A program made the position numbers and the translations under genes. Positions 20,213 to 30,567 of a DNA stretch of 64,000 nucleotides are shown piece after piece; the first letter of the stretch is position 1, and each line of letters opens with the position of its first letter. The DNA comes from a virus (lineage: Duplodnaviria; Caudoviricetes). A model generated the notes under the pieces. The model was not told the origin of the DNA. It made no database searches and worked only from the letters and a program-made list of their open reading frames with translations. The stretch is from IMG/VR virus record IMGVR_UViG_3300037067_022526, positions 1 to 64,000 of that record; one strand, given 5' to 3'.

Positions 20213-22051
20213 ATGGGTAATACAGGTGATCTCCATTTTCAGCCGGTTTTGCACAATATCACGGCGGACGAGGTAATTTTTTGCTATCGTGCAGGCGATG
20301 CTGATTCGTTGGATGTAGCAGAATATTATAAATCAGCTCGTGGTTTAGATGCAGACCATTTAATTCCACTTCCTTGTGGTTTTGATAATATCATTATAGA
20401 ACAAGAGTACATTGATACCATCGAAACTCCATTGCTACAAAAACTTAACAAATTTACCGAATCTACTAGCGCGTCCTCGGGTAGCCATCGAATTTGGGTT
20501 ATAATTTTGGGATATCATATACCTCATGCCTATTATGTGGACAATGATCCCTACGGAGAAACAATTGCAATTGCCAGCAGATTGCATCGACTAGGAAAAA
20601 ACAAGAGTTATAAATTTCCCAATTTTGTATATGATCGTAAATCTTGGTCATATTTCGACCAAGAGGATGCCTCAGAATTTTATATCACAGCTATCATCGA
20701 TGGTCCATCTGTTCTTGTTGCCAAGAGATTAATAGACAGATCTGTCGATATTGATAATCAATTATTTGTTACTGGCTCTATTTATGTTGATCCTTTTGGA
20801 AAACAGGATACAGAAAGTCAGTTAAAATTTCAATCTGATGTATTGGAATTTGTATCATTCACAATCCCCAATATGGGTATGGATCACAAAATAACGGCAG
20901 AATTGCCAGGTGAAGATCCAATGGTGCACTTTTTTAAGAATGATTCCTTTTATTGGGGATGGTATACGCCTAGATATTCGAGTAATTTGTTTATCAATCA
21001 AAATGAAAGGCGAGTTTTTCTATACAATGCAGATGATGACTCTGCTTCGGATTTATCAAATGATTTGAGTGGGGAAAGTGACCCTTGGTGTAACATTGCA
21101 ATTAATATAGAACCCGGATATGCAGCCTGTGGTGGTGCCGTAAGCGCACCTGGTGAAGATGCGTATCTAAGAGCGCGACCATTTTTTGAATCCCTACAGA
21201 GAGGTGCATCTTTGGGTGAATCATTTTTGTTTGCGTCTCCCTATGTCGATTGGAAAATTGTTTTAATTGGTGATCCATTATTAGTAATTAATTTTCCTGC
21301 GAATCTTCCGCCCGAATTGGACCTGCAAAACACCAAAATTCCAAACAAAGAAGTTATACGTCGGACAAAAAATATACTTGAAGATGCTATTGCGTGGCAA
21401 TACAGGCAACCAGATATCCTGGAAGATTTGATTGAATTTAATTATAAATCCAGCAATGTGTCCGAACAATTGCCACTTATGTATCACTTAAAATCATGGT
21501 ATCAATCAAAATCTATTTCGACTAGAAATCAAATGCTATCACCGATCGTGTCAAAGTGGATAACTTATATACTAAACACCGAAGGAACATCTCTTCAATC
21601 GTGGTTAGAAACTTACCAAGAGAAGGCAAGTTCATACCTTAATAATGTAATTGAAACAGTGTCTAATAAAATACCTGATAATTTAGTGCATCCTTTGGGG
21701 CATTGGGAATATGAATTTGTTTACACTCATCCGCGAAAAGCGTTTGAAGACGTTTTTTTTAATCTTCAAATATCGGACTCGAATACATTTGCAACTATAT
21801 TAGCTAATATTAATAGCTACACTGCAATTGGTGGGTGGAGATACGAAAGTGAACCACATATTTTTGTTCAAATCGGCACCTCGGGAGTGCCATCAAATTA
21901 TAGCGGTCGCCGAATTAAATATACGTCACAAGAGTCAGATTACCTCACATCACTTGGCTTATATTATATTCGATGGAGAGCATGGGATAGTAATGGATCT
22001 CCAATTGGGGATTGGAATATAGATTCTATACAAAAAATCATATCGAGATAG
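20213..22051 (+). CDS. TIGR03790-like protein
   Basis: DSLDVAEYY..AR, WGWY, GAVSAP, GASLGESFLFASP..W..VLIGDPL pattern. Confidence 0.65.
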   Translation: MGNTGDLHFQPVLHNITADEVIFCYRAGDADSLDVAEYYKSARGLDADHLIPLPCGFDNIIIEQEYIDTIETPLLQKLNKFTESTSASSGSHRIWVIILGYHIPHAYYVDNDPYGETIAIASRLHRLGKNKSYKFPNFVYDRKSWSYFDQEDASEFYITAIIDGPSVLVAKRLIDRSVDIDNQLFVTGSIYVDPFGKQDTESQLKFQSDVLEFVSFTIPNMGMDHKITAELPGEDPMVHFFKNDSFYWGWYTPRYSSNLFINQNERRVFLYNADDDSASDLSNDLSGESDPWCNIAINIEPGYAACGGAVSAPGEDAYLRARPFFESLQRGASLGESFLFASPYVDWKIVLIGDPLLVINFPANLPPELDLQNTKIPNKEVIRRTKNILEDAIAWQYRQPDILEDLIEFNYKSSNVSEQLPLMYHLKSWYQSKSISTRNQMLSPIVSKWITYILNTEGTSLQSWLETYQEKASSYLNNVIETVSNKIPDNLVHPLGHWEYEFVYTHPRKAFEDVFFNLQISDSNTFATILANINSYTAIGGWRYESEPHIFVQIGTSGVPSNYSGRRIKYTSQESDYLTSLGLYYIRWRAWDSNGSPIGDWNIDSIQKIISR

Positions 22052-22053
22052 TT

Positions 22054-22458
22054 ATGAATATTAATTTTCAAATGAGTAAAGATAGATTTGAAGAATATGC
22101 CGAGAAAATGGGAAATATTGCCCGGGCAGGGATTAGAAGTGCCCAATCGCTATTTGGTATAATCGCAATAGTAGAAAAAGCAGATTTTTCCACTTTTAAT
22201 TTAAATGATGATACCATGAGGTCGGTTGTGGGGTTCAGAAATTCTGCGGTTGATTCATATCAGATTGTCTATACCGAAGCTTATCAGCTGACTTCTATGA
22301 CAGGAGCGTTTAGGGCGTTAGGCGACCATGTCCAGAATTGGACAGGGAATACGATCAATGACTATTTGACTGATAATGGGATAATTGTAAACAGGACTTT
22401 TGGCACTATTACTCAGAGAGTAATGGGTGTTGCCATTAGTGATTCAAATTTGGAGTAG
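22054..22458 (+). CDS. hypothetical protein
   Basis: ORF tightly packed between its neighbours. Confidence 0.7.
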   Translation: MNINFQMSKDRFEEYAEKMGNIARAGIRSAQSLFGIIAIVEKADFSTFNLNDDTMRSVVGFRNSAVDSYQIVYTEAYQLTSMTGAFRALGDHVQNWTGNTINDYLTDNGIIVNRTFGTITQRVMGVAISDSNLE

Positions 22459-22460
22459 TC

Positions 22461-25400
22461 GTGGAAAAGTTAGATATTGACGTTAATAATATTTTCGGTA
22501 GGATTCGTGATAGAATTGCACTTGAAAGCGAGGCCGACGCAGAAAACTATCTGCCAAATATTATAGAATTTTGTGAGTCAAACAGGTATCTTAATCTCCC
22601 AGATTCTGGAATTCGATTGTTTCCAATGCAACGTGTAATTTTAAAAATTTTCTATCGAGGACAAAAGGGGAATGAACACTTAAAACTCACTGAAGATGAA
22701 TTAAAATTATTAATAGATTATAAAATGGACAAAGTGATCGCAAAGTATCGAAGCGAGCATTTATTTAGAGAGTTAGTATTAGTATTAGGTCGAAGGTGTA
22801 TAAGTGGCGATACTCTGATATTTGATGCAGTAACAGGAGAGAATAGGTCTGTTGAAGATTGGTATAAAGATAGCAAACATCTATCTGTTTGGACATATAA
22901 TGAAGAAAACAAACAATTTGAAATAAATAAAGCAGAGATAATAGAACAAGGTATTCGTGAATGTTTTCGGGTGACAGTTGATAATGGAGATTATGTAGAT
23001 TGTACTGATAATCATCCGTTGTTAACACCGAATGGCTGGAAGCAATTAAACGATTTGAAAGTTGGTGATTTAATAGCTCAGGCAGATGATATACCCAAAA
23101 CAGATGATGGAGAGGGACTAGAAGAACACGAGGCAGCTATACTCGGATATATAATTGGCGATGGAAATTGCACGATGGCGCGAGCATATTTTACTTGTAA
23201 TGATCAACAAGTAATAGAGCATTTACAAGAATGTCTGGATAAGCTTTCTGATAATATGATTGTTCAATACGACAATAATACCTTATCACCATATCAATAC
23301 TCTTTGCGACAAAAAAATATTAAATATAGAACTTATATTAAAAACGGAAAATCTGTTACACATCGATCTGTTTCTGATTTATGTAGATTTTTGATTAAAC
23401 ATGGGCTACAGGGAAAAACAGCCAAACAAAAGAGAGTGCCACAAGCAGTGTTTTCTGCAAGTAGCAGGGTGAAATCTGCATTTTTAAAGGCTTATTTCTC
23501 TTGTGATGGATATATGTCACCAAGAAACAAAAATGGTAATGCCAGGATTGAATTATATTCTGTTAATCAAGGGTTGCTAGAGGATGTTCATGAATTATTG
23601 ATAAGCCTGGGAATTTATTCAAAAGTAAGAGAAAAAAGAACAAAATATATTGAAATTATAGACAATGGCAAGACCTATAGATATCCCAATCATCTTTCGT
23701 ATAGGCTATCTATAGAGCGCAATTATGATGTTTGCCGATTTAGTAAATACATTGGAGCTTTTAAAAATTATGATACTAATGTTGCGCAATTTATAACCGA
23801 AGAACTGCACTTTGTTAAGATCCAAAACATTAGCAGTATCGGCACTAAACAAACATATGATATATGTATATACAATTCTGGCTCCGGATCTCATAATTTC
23901 ATTATTTCTAATGGGCTCCAGATGCATAACAGCGGTAAGGATTTTTTGACATCAATTATAGCCTTATACGAAGCTATGAAACTTCTTGAATGCCCCACGG
24001 GTAGTCCATTTATATATTACGGATTGGCGTCTGGTAACCCAATTTATATTTTAACGATCGCAACATCTGGAGATCAGGCTCACATTTTATTCAATGAAAT
24101 GAAAGCACGAATACATACTTCAGAGTATTTTCGATCTAAAGTTGGAAAGATAGAAATTGACAAGATGTGGCTATTGACTCCAGAAGATCGTAAACACAAT
24201 AAAAAACTTGTTGAATCTGGACAGGATAATATTCAGACACCTGGTAGTGTAGTGATCATGTCCGGTCACTCTAATAGCGAATCGTTGCTTGGCAAGCGAA
24301 TTTTTGCGCTGTTGCTTGACGAAGTTGCATCTTTTAAATCAGCAACAGCGTCATCTTCGTCGGGAGACCGAATCTATTCGGCTTTAGCTCCTGCAACGTC
24401 AGATTTTAAAATTCCAGGCAAAACGTATTTAAACGAGCAAGGAAAAGAGTTACCATTCTACGATTCAAAAATTATCAGCATTTCATCACCCAGATCTGAG
24501 GAAGGTATATTATATAAATTATACCGAGAAGCGCCTGATAGTCCGAGTCGTTTAGCATTTAAATTACCAACATGGAAAGTAAATCTTCAATTCGATGAGG
24601 ACAGCCTGAGATCTGAATTTAAATTTATAAATGACACTGAATTTGCAATGGAGTTCGGTGCAGAGTTTTCTGGAACCGCTGGTGAAAAATTTATTCCTAA
24701 TAAGTACGTGGATGAAGCAGTAGATCTGGGAAGAAAAATGCTGCTAACCCAGAAAATGCACGGATACCCCGGACAGGTGTATTTCGCCCACTTAGATCCC
24801 GCCACCCGATCCCATAATTATGCTTTAGTTATTTTGCATATCGAAGAGAGAATACGAGCAACAGAGCGAAATGGACTTCATGTCAAAGAAAAGATCAAAT
24901 TATTTGTTGTAGACCACTTAAAATTTTGGCAGCCTACGGTCGATGATTCTATTAAAATCAATGATGTAGATCAATATATTATAAGATTGGCTCGATTATT
25001 CCGATTCGCAATGGTTTCGTTTGATGATTTTAATTCCACCGCCAGTATGCAAAAAATTCGAGCTAAGGGAATACCAACTCGAATCACATCTTTTCGTAAA
25101 CAGTATAAAATAAAAATTTATGACACTTTAGAACAACTTTTAATCAATCACCAATTGGTTTTGCCATATAAAGGTGACTGTGCAACTCAACTTACAGGAG
25201 AGTTGAAGTGCCTAAAGCGAATTTATACTCCTATTGGGTTCAAAATTAAACCAGATCCAGAATCTAATTTTCCAACTGACGACATGGTAGATGCACTTGC
25301 AGGTGCAATTGGTTCGAGTTCAGAGTCGGTATATACAGGATATCCCAAAAGCTCTACCGTTAATATGCCGCAATTTCGAGAGGATTTATCTCATAAATGG

Positions 25401-25484
25401 AATATAGGAAGAGGTTCCTATCCTAATAATACGTGGAATGATATTAGTAGAAAATTTGGAAAATTGAATCCGTATGGAGGTTGA
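22461..25484 (+). CDS. terL: terminase large subunit with a LAGLIDADG intein (22797-23930, 378 aa)
   Basis: Walker A GRR|SGKD split by CISGD...MHN; Walker B LLLDE; nuclease motif HLDPA; C-terminal DD..DA. Confidence 0.92.
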   Translation: MEKLDIDVNNIFGRIRDRIALESEADAENYLPNIIEFCESNRYLNLPDSGIRLFPMQRVILKIFYRGQKGNEHLKLTEDELKLLIDYKMDKVIAKYRSEHLFRELVLVLGRRCISGDTLIFDAVTGENRSVEDWYKDSKHLSVWTYNEENKQFEINKAEIIEQGIRECFRVTVDNGDYVDCTDNHPLLTPNGWKQLNDLKVGDLIAQADDIPKTDDGEGLEEHEAAILGYIIGDGNCTMARAYFTCNDQQVIEHLQECLDKLSDNMIVQYDNNTLSPYQYSLRQKNIKYRTYIKNGKSVTHRSVSDLCRFLIKHGLQGKTAKQKRVPQAVFSASSRVKSAFLKAYFSCDGYMSPRNKNGNARIELYSVNQGLLEDVHELLISLGIYSKVREKRTKYIEIIDNGKTYRYPNHLSYRLSIERNYDVCRFSKYIGAFKNYDTNVAQFITEELHFVKIQNISSIGTKQTYDICIYNSGSGSHNFIISNGLQMHNSGKDFLTSIIALYEAMKLLECPTGSPFIYYGLASGNPIYILTIATSGDQAHILFNEMKARIHTSEYFRSKVGKIEIDKMWLLTPEDRKHNKKLVESGQDNIQTPGSVVIMSGHSNSESLLGKRIFALLLDEVASFKSATASSSSGDRIYSALAPATSDFKIPGKTYLNEQGKELPFYDSKIISISSPRSEEGILYKLYREAPDSPSRLAFKLPTWKVNLQFDEDSLRSEFKFINDTEFAMEFGAEFSGTAGEKFIPNKYVDEAVDLGRKMLLTQKMHGYPGQVYFAHLDPATRSHNYALVILHIEERIRATERNGLHVKEKIKLFVVDHLKFWQPTVDDSIKINDVDQYIIRLARLFRFAMVSFDDFNSTASMQKIRAKGIPTRITSFRKQYKIKIYDTLEQLLINHQLVLPYKGDCATQLTGELKCLKRIYTPIGFKIKPDPESNFPTDDMVDALAGAIGSSSESVYTGYPKSSTVNMPQFREDLSHKWNIGRGSYPNNTWNDISRKFGKLNPYGG

Positions 25485-25532
25485 TACGTAGTAATTTTTG
25501 AATAATTAAAGATACTATCTTAAGGAGATATC

Positions 25533-26249
25533 ATGTTTAATTTGAATAAAACCAAGTCGGCACAGATTACAACCGAAGAAAAAATGCTTCGAAAGGATCC
25601 TACTGGGCCAGATATTGATGAAAGGCAACTTGAAAAGAAATTACCACATCGAGATGGTTATGAAAATGTAACCACTGAATCTCAAATGGATAGAAAATCA
25701 AAGAGTGATGTTCAAATTATAGAAAAAGTCCTTAATGATGCCAAGGGATATATAACCCATCGTAGTGATGCTGGTGACCTGCCAATCCCTCCAATCAACG
25801 TGCTAGTCGAAAAGCTGAGGCAGAACCGAATGGACAAAGATTGGGAAGTTATTAAACAAAAACATTGGAGTCAGGCCAATGATCAGGCGCAACAGGGGGA
25901 TTTGCCAAAGTTGAAGGGTAATGCTGCACAGCATGATAAGCCAGTATTAAATAACGATCCACAGCGATTTGCTGGAGAAACAACCATGCCAATTCATACC
26001 GATCAATCTGAAAACGATAAAGGACATGGCAAAAAACAAACCATAAAGCCGCTCGTTGGAGGTATAACAACTGCCGAAATCAGTGCGGTTGCCGACAAAA
26101 TTAAGGTCGGAGAGTCGATTGATTATGACACGGCTATAGTTGCTATACTACATCAATCCGATAAAGAGAAAAGAGAACTAACTGATGTGGAAAGACGTTC
26201 TATAGTTGATTTAAAAATTGCCCGAACCAAAGCATTACTGAGTAAATAA
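25533..26249 (+). CDS. putative internal head protein
   Basis: AAGGAG RBS; MFNL...KSAQ N-terminus; E-x-QL/M repeats shared with 54555. Confidence 0.7.
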   Translation: MFNLNKTKSAQITTEEKMLRKDPTGPDIDERQLEKKLPHRDGYENVTTESQMDRKSKSDVQIIEKVLNDAKGYITHRSDAGDLPIPPINVLVEKLRQNRMDKDWEVIKQKHWSQANDQAQQGDLPKLKGNAAQHDKPVLNNDPQRFAGETTMPIHTDQSENDKGHGKKQTIKPLVGGITTAEISAVADKIKVGESIDYDTAIVAILHQSDKEKRELTDVERRSIVDLKIARTKALLSK

Positions 26250-26252
26250 GAT

Positions 26253-26813
26253 ATGTCGTGGTTATTGAAACTTTATGGTTCTAATGTAAGTATTGATGAC
26301 CGCGCTGTTGAAAAAAAATTAATTATTGCCGATCGGGATAACCCTAGAATTAATGACACAGAATGGGACAGAGTCCAAGAATTGTTAAACGGCGATCATC
26401 CGTTATCGACGTTTAGACATAAGCACGATTCTGGTGCCCCTCGTAAAACCCAGTTGAATTTGGGCCCTGGTATGGGGTCACAAGATAGAGGAAATTCTGC
26501 TGGCGGTATGAACGCGGCTGGCGACGAAATGGAGCGAAACGACCCTCGAACACCTCGGTCATGGTATAATGAAGGGGATGCGCAGGCAGATGATGAGACT
26601 GGACCTGGAAATAAATCCATTATGCCAGCACCAGATGGAAGCCGTAATGATGGATACGCAGCACAGAGAATTTTTTTAGATAATGTTGATGCGTTCAGTC
26701 CTTTTATTGATAGGGATAACTCCCCACAGTCAGTGGTTCAGAAGAAACATTTGAATAGTATTTTAACATCTCGGCCTGTGCCTCCAAAGAGAGTTTTTGT
26801 AGATAGAAAGTAA
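26253..26813 (+). CDS. hypothetical protein; stop codon supplied by the IS end
   Basis: ORF ends AAG-TAA where GTAAACTAC is the element end. Confidence 0.75.
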   Translation: MSWLLKLYGSNVSIDDRAVEKKLIIADRDNPRINDTEWDRVQELLNGDHPLSTFRHKHDSGAPRKTQLNLGPGMGSQDRGNSAGGMNAAGDEMERNDPRTPRSWYNEGDAQADDETGPGNKSIMPAPDGSRNDGYAAQRIFLDNVDAFSPFIDRDNSPQSVVQKKHLNSILTSRPVPPKRVFVDRK

Positions 26814-27075
26814 ACTACTCTATGATAAATTCAAGGAGCTTGTGAGCGATGGAACACAACGTAAGAGTTTACTAGACTAAGAAGAAAGGAGACTATTATT
26901 CTACGTTAAGAGAACTACAATCACCCCGGAACGCCACCCTAATTCCAGGCTCTGAGCTAGAACCATTTAATAGCACGTTATTCTAGTTAATAGCTAAGTT
27001 TTCTTAACATTGTCGAAGGGTAGTATATTAGAGGTTCTCATAGCACCCACTTATCGTAAAGCTATGAAATTTTAG
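26810..27075 (+). ncRNA. omegaRNA scaffold, copy 1 (guide would lie in the upstream flank)
   Basis: non-coding segment upstream of the isrB start; CTACGTTA and AACATTGTCGAAGGG motifs typical of HEARO/omegaRNA. Confidence 0.8.
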
Positions 27076-27083
27076 GAGTTTAT

Positions 27084-27233
27084 ATGTTTTTTGTACCAGT
27101 AGTAGACCAGAACAATAATCCACTAATGCCCACCACTTTGCTAAGGGCTAAGAGATGGGTTAATTCTGGCAAAGCTACTCCATTCTATAAGAAAGGCATA
27201 TTTTGTGTTAAAATATTAAGGCGGAAGAAGTAA
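27084..27233 (+). pseudogene. isrB: truncated isrB (PLMP domain only, 49 aa)
   Basis: first 41 aa identical to the 47772 ORF, then deletion junction and TAA. Confidence 0.85.
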
Positions 27234-27344
27234 AGTTTAAAACTTATTTAAGTGTTAGGAGTAGGGATAATTCCTCTAGCCTAAAGATTGGGAGTTTTCT
27301 TATCCACAATAAAAAGTGAAAAGGAAAGTGAAAAGGAGATTGTA

Positions 27345-28205
27345 ATGGTAATTAATGGAACATCAAAGATTAAAGGCGTAATTGATTTGCCGAGTATAAA
27401 GCAACAACTCAAAAAGGGACAATTATTACATATTAGAAATAATGACTATTGGAATAATGATGTTCAAATGGCAATTAAAATGGGATTCGTTACATCAACA
27501 GACATTCCCAACGATGATAACGATGTTGACTCAGATGATACTCCCGTTCGATGCAAAAACAATTTTCATCGTTCAATTGGGTTGAATCAGAATAAATCAG
27601 AAATCAAACCAGGACAGGAATTTGTCCTGACAAGGAAAGAACTAGAAGAAAAATCCATCAGAGCAGCTCTGTCTAAAGGAATAATTACAATTATTTCTGA
27701 TCCAAATGATAACACAACAAAAGAAACAACTGTCAATATTACTAAAGGTTTGTCTGTTCCTGGCGACGGGATAAATACATCCGAACCAGAACTTACTTTA
27801 GACACAAATGAAGAAATCACTATTCCATCCAAATTAATTGAACCAAAGATAATTAAGGATCAGAAAAAGGTCATTTGGAATGCAAAACCAGGTGAAGAAA
27901 TTGTAGTAAAAAATACTTCAGGTGATGCCGATCCTAAACAACACACTATAATTGCTGGTCGAGATGGCCCCAAAGATGTTGCAATGAAACGTCGGATTGA
28001 CATGGAAGAAGATATATCCTTTGTGGACAAAAAAGAAGATGCTGATAGAATCCAAAAACATCCCATACTCAAGAATAAACCTTTACCACAGAACGAAGAA
28101 GTAAGTCCAATTGTTGAGGACCCGACAGAGACCAGGCGGAAGAATCATCCGGTATTAGGCAAAAAAGAAGGCGATGCGGAAGGCCCGGTATTTGTAAAAT
28201 TATGA
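27345..28205 (+). CDS. hypothetical protein
   Basis: AAGGAG RBS before ATG 27345. Confidence 0.75.
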   Translation: MVINGTSKIKGVIDLPSIKQQLKKGQLLHIRNNDYWNNDVQMAIKMGFVTSTDIPNDDNDVDSDDTPVRCKNNFHRSIGLNQNKSEIKPGQEFVLTRKELEEKSIRAALSKGIITIISDPNDNTTKETTVNITKGLSVPGDGINTSEPELTLDTNEEITIPSKLIEPKIIKDQKKVIWNAKPGEEIVVKNTSGDADPKQHTIIAGRDGPKDVAMKRRIDMEEDISFVDKKEDADRIQKHPILKNKPLPQNEEVSPIVEDPTETRRKNHPVLGKKEGDAEGPVFVKL

Positions 28206-28390
28206 TGAAAAATATAGATTCAACATCTCCTGCTCGATGGATATATTTGTTTTCTGGTATTTCCAGGAAAAATAAGAGGCTTCTAAAACGATACTGGAGC
28301 ACTATATTTCCCAGATCTTTCGTTAATAAATTAGTGTCCGACGTAGAGGAGAGAAATGTTCAATCTAAAAAATCAGAACAACCCAACTGA
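28202..28390 (+). CDS. small protein resembling the C-terminus of ORF 33854
   Basis: ATGA overlap; YWSTIFPRSFVNKLVSD versus FWLTMYPAEYVEQMVKD. Confidence 0.6.
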   Translation: MMKNIDSTSPARWIYLFSGISRKNKRLLKRYWSTIFPRSFVNKLVSDVEERNVQSKKSEQPN

Positions 28391-29105
28391 TTTACTTGAC
28401 CACGAACTCGTTTCGTTTGATATTGTAATTGGTCCTCGTATATCTGTTGGAATCGGAGATGAAATGATTGAGTCTGAGAATTTGGTAGAATGTTCTCGGC
28501 TAATTAATGAAGCCATCTCTGAAATCAAAGAGCATTTGTGGTCCCGTTGGCACGATTTACGTAATTTATCGGAAGTAATATGTAATAGTAGTGGACAAAA
28601 TTTAGGTTCACTTGAGAATTTATTATTTCTTAATGGTGTCAAAAAGATATATTTCTTATCCAAAAGATTTTCGGATTTAAATGACATATCCGAATCTATT
28701 AAAAAATTATTTTATATTGATATTGTCAACATACCGTCTAGCTTAATTATCCAATTCAATCATTTATACTTAAGTATAAAAATACTTCACAACTTGATTA
28801 TGAGAGAAATTTATAGATTATTTTTAATTAAAAGGTACCAAAAAATATCCAAGACCGCCCAAATATCTGGGCCATGGTCGAATTTAGACCTACCAATGGA
28901 AGAGCGAGTCTGGTCCGCCGAAGAAGATGAAGAATATTTTGCAGACAGGGAAAAGGCACGCAAAGATCAAGTAAGATATAATCCAGAGGTTGGGAAACTG
29001 GGATATTTTTATATTTGGCAGGATCTTGCGAGAGGTCCTTATGACTTTAATGATATGGCCATAGATTCGCCCTATAAAAGTAGGTTACTTTTGAGCCGCC
29101 CCTGA
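28356..29105 (+). CDS. putative internal head protein
   Basis: AGGAG RBS; MFNL start; KTAQ motif. Confidence 0.7.
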   Translation: MFNLKNQNNPTDLLDHELVSFDIVIGPRISVGIGDEMIESENLVECSRLINEAISEIKEHLWSRWHDLRNLSEVICNSSGQNLGSLENLLFLNGVKKIYFLSKRFSDLNDISESIKKLFYIDIVNIPSSLIIQFNHLYLSIKILHNLIMREIYRLFLIKRYQKISKTAQISGPWSNLDLPMEERVWSAEEDEEYFADREKARKDQVRYNPEVGKLGYFYIWQDLARGPYDFNDMAIDSPYKSRLLLSRP

Positions 29106-29120
29106 TATCGGGAGTATTAT

Positions 29121-29408
29121 ATGAGAATTCATCCTAATGGTTATGGTAAGATTTCCATCGGTACTACTCTAATTGGATCTGATCCTCCGCCCAAACCAAT
29201 GACAGGATCAGAGTCATTATATGGATTTTGTGGCTGGCTGACAACTCGTAATATTCCTATTACTATGTCAGCAAAACACACCACTTGTGGCGAAGTTGCC
29301 GAGCTGATAGACAGGTTTTGTAAAACTAATGGTTTAGACGACCCAAGAGATGATTGGGATAAAAATTTGACGCATCCCAAGGAAAACGAAGCGATAGAGA
29401 ATCCATAG
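29121..29408 (+). CDS. hypothetical protein
   Basis: GGAG RBS; operon packing. Confidence 0.65.
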   Translation: MRIHPNGYGKISIGTTLIGSDPPPKPMTGSESLYGFCGWLTTRNIPITMSAKHTTCGEVAELIDRFCKTNGLDDPRDDWDKNLTHPKENEAIENP

Positions 29409-30178
29409 TGAATAATACTAAAATTATTAATAATGCAATAACTAAACTATCATATTTTGCAAAAGAATATGGTATCGATTCTTTATTCATAATTGGTAGT
29501 TATTGCAGGAACATGTACTGGGGGCATCCTCAAAACACCGATAATTTAGAAGTTGTCTCAGCATTTAGGAATGAGTCACTGCAATTGGGAGAAATATTTG
29601 CAACAGAAATATTAAATGTTACACCCAAAAAATATCCCGAATATGATTCAATTGTAGCAGGTTTTCAAGATGGAACACAAAATATCGAAATTGAATTTCA
29701 AAGTATTAGTGTTAATCCTTACATGCACAACCAAGAAATAAATAATTGGTTGCAAAAGCAAGGATTTGAAGACATCCCGATAATGAATAATATTTTTGGT
29801 AGAGATTTTACAGTAAACGCCATACTATTTTCATTACAAAATGAACATATGTATGATCCAACCGGAAGGGCAATCCCCGACCTGGAAGACAAAAAAATAT
29901 CATCACTTCTTCCTCCTGAAATGCTTATTAAATATAGCCCAGTATCGGCGTTTCGGGCAATTAGATTATCATTACAATATGATTGTATTATTGATGCTAA
30001 TTTACGAATTGCTATGCAAGAATCTTATCAATCTATATCGAATTCGGTGTCGAAAGATAGGATTATGGAAAATATTGTGCGTATATTAAAAGAACACGGG
30101 ACGAAGGGATTAGAATTATTGAAAAAATACAATTTAACTAAATTTTTGCTAATACCAGAAATTAAAGATTTGATATGA
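29408..30178 (+). CDS. CCA-adding/poly(A) polymerase family protein, degenerate active site
   Basis: LFIIGSYCRN, RDFTVNA, YDPTG, FRAIR; expected DxD appears as NLE. Confidence 0.75.
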   Translation: MNNTKIINNAITKLSYFAKEYGIDSLFIIGSYCRNMYWGHPQNTDNLEVVSAFRNESLQLGEIFATEILNVTPKKYPEYDSIVAGFQDGTQNIEIEFQSISVNPYMHNQEINNWLQKQGFEDIPIMNNIFGRDFTVNAILFSLQNEHMYDPTGRAIPDLEDKKISSLLPPEMLIKYSPVSAFRAIRLSLQYDCIIDANLRIAMQESYQSISNSVSKDRIMENIVRILKEHGTKGLELLKKYNLTKFLLIPEIKDLI

Positions 30179-30567
30179 AAAAAATAGCACAATCTATTTT
30201 AGATTTTTTAAACATATTTCCCAAAGAAATACTGAAAGCTCCACGTACTACATTGTCTAGTAGAGAAGCGGAAACTCTTTTTAGTATTTGGAAAAGCAAT
30301 CGAGACGAGCACGGCCGCCCTATTCTGGTTGGCGCGGATTCATTAATAATCGCTGCCTTAGTCACTAAAGGTATGATAAAAAATAACCCTCCAACGATTT
30401 CTGAAGAAGATGCGATAGAAATTACACCTGCTGGGAGAGAAATAATCAGGAAGATAATATTATCCTCTGAACAATCTAAATTTTCAAATATACAGTCCAA
30501 CAATACTATGGTAAATGGTGATAATAAGAATCGTAAAATAGCGTGGAGTATGAATTATGAAGATTAG
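30175..30567 (+). CDS. hypothetical protein, possible winged helix
   Basis: LVTKGMI...IEITPAGR wing-like motif; KIAQ N-terminus. Confidence 0.6.
   Translation: MKKIAQSILDFLNIFPKEILKAPRTTLSSREAETLFSIWKSNRDEHGRPILVGADSLIIAALVTKGMIKNNPPTISEEDAIEITPAGREIIRKIILSSEQSKFSNIQSNNTMVNGDNKNRKIAWSMNYED

Larger units (their letters stand above)
26810..27315 (+). mobile_element. non-autonomous IsrB/omegaRNA element (internal deletion)
   Basis: about 390 bp nearly identical to 47499-47895, then a short diverged isrB 3' tail and an end hairpin with CTAAAGA loop; followed by GTGA. Confidence 0.9.

Noticed and set aside
27288-27344. Track start for the 305-aa ORF
   Set aside because: It begins within the IS end; the RBS supports ATG 27345.
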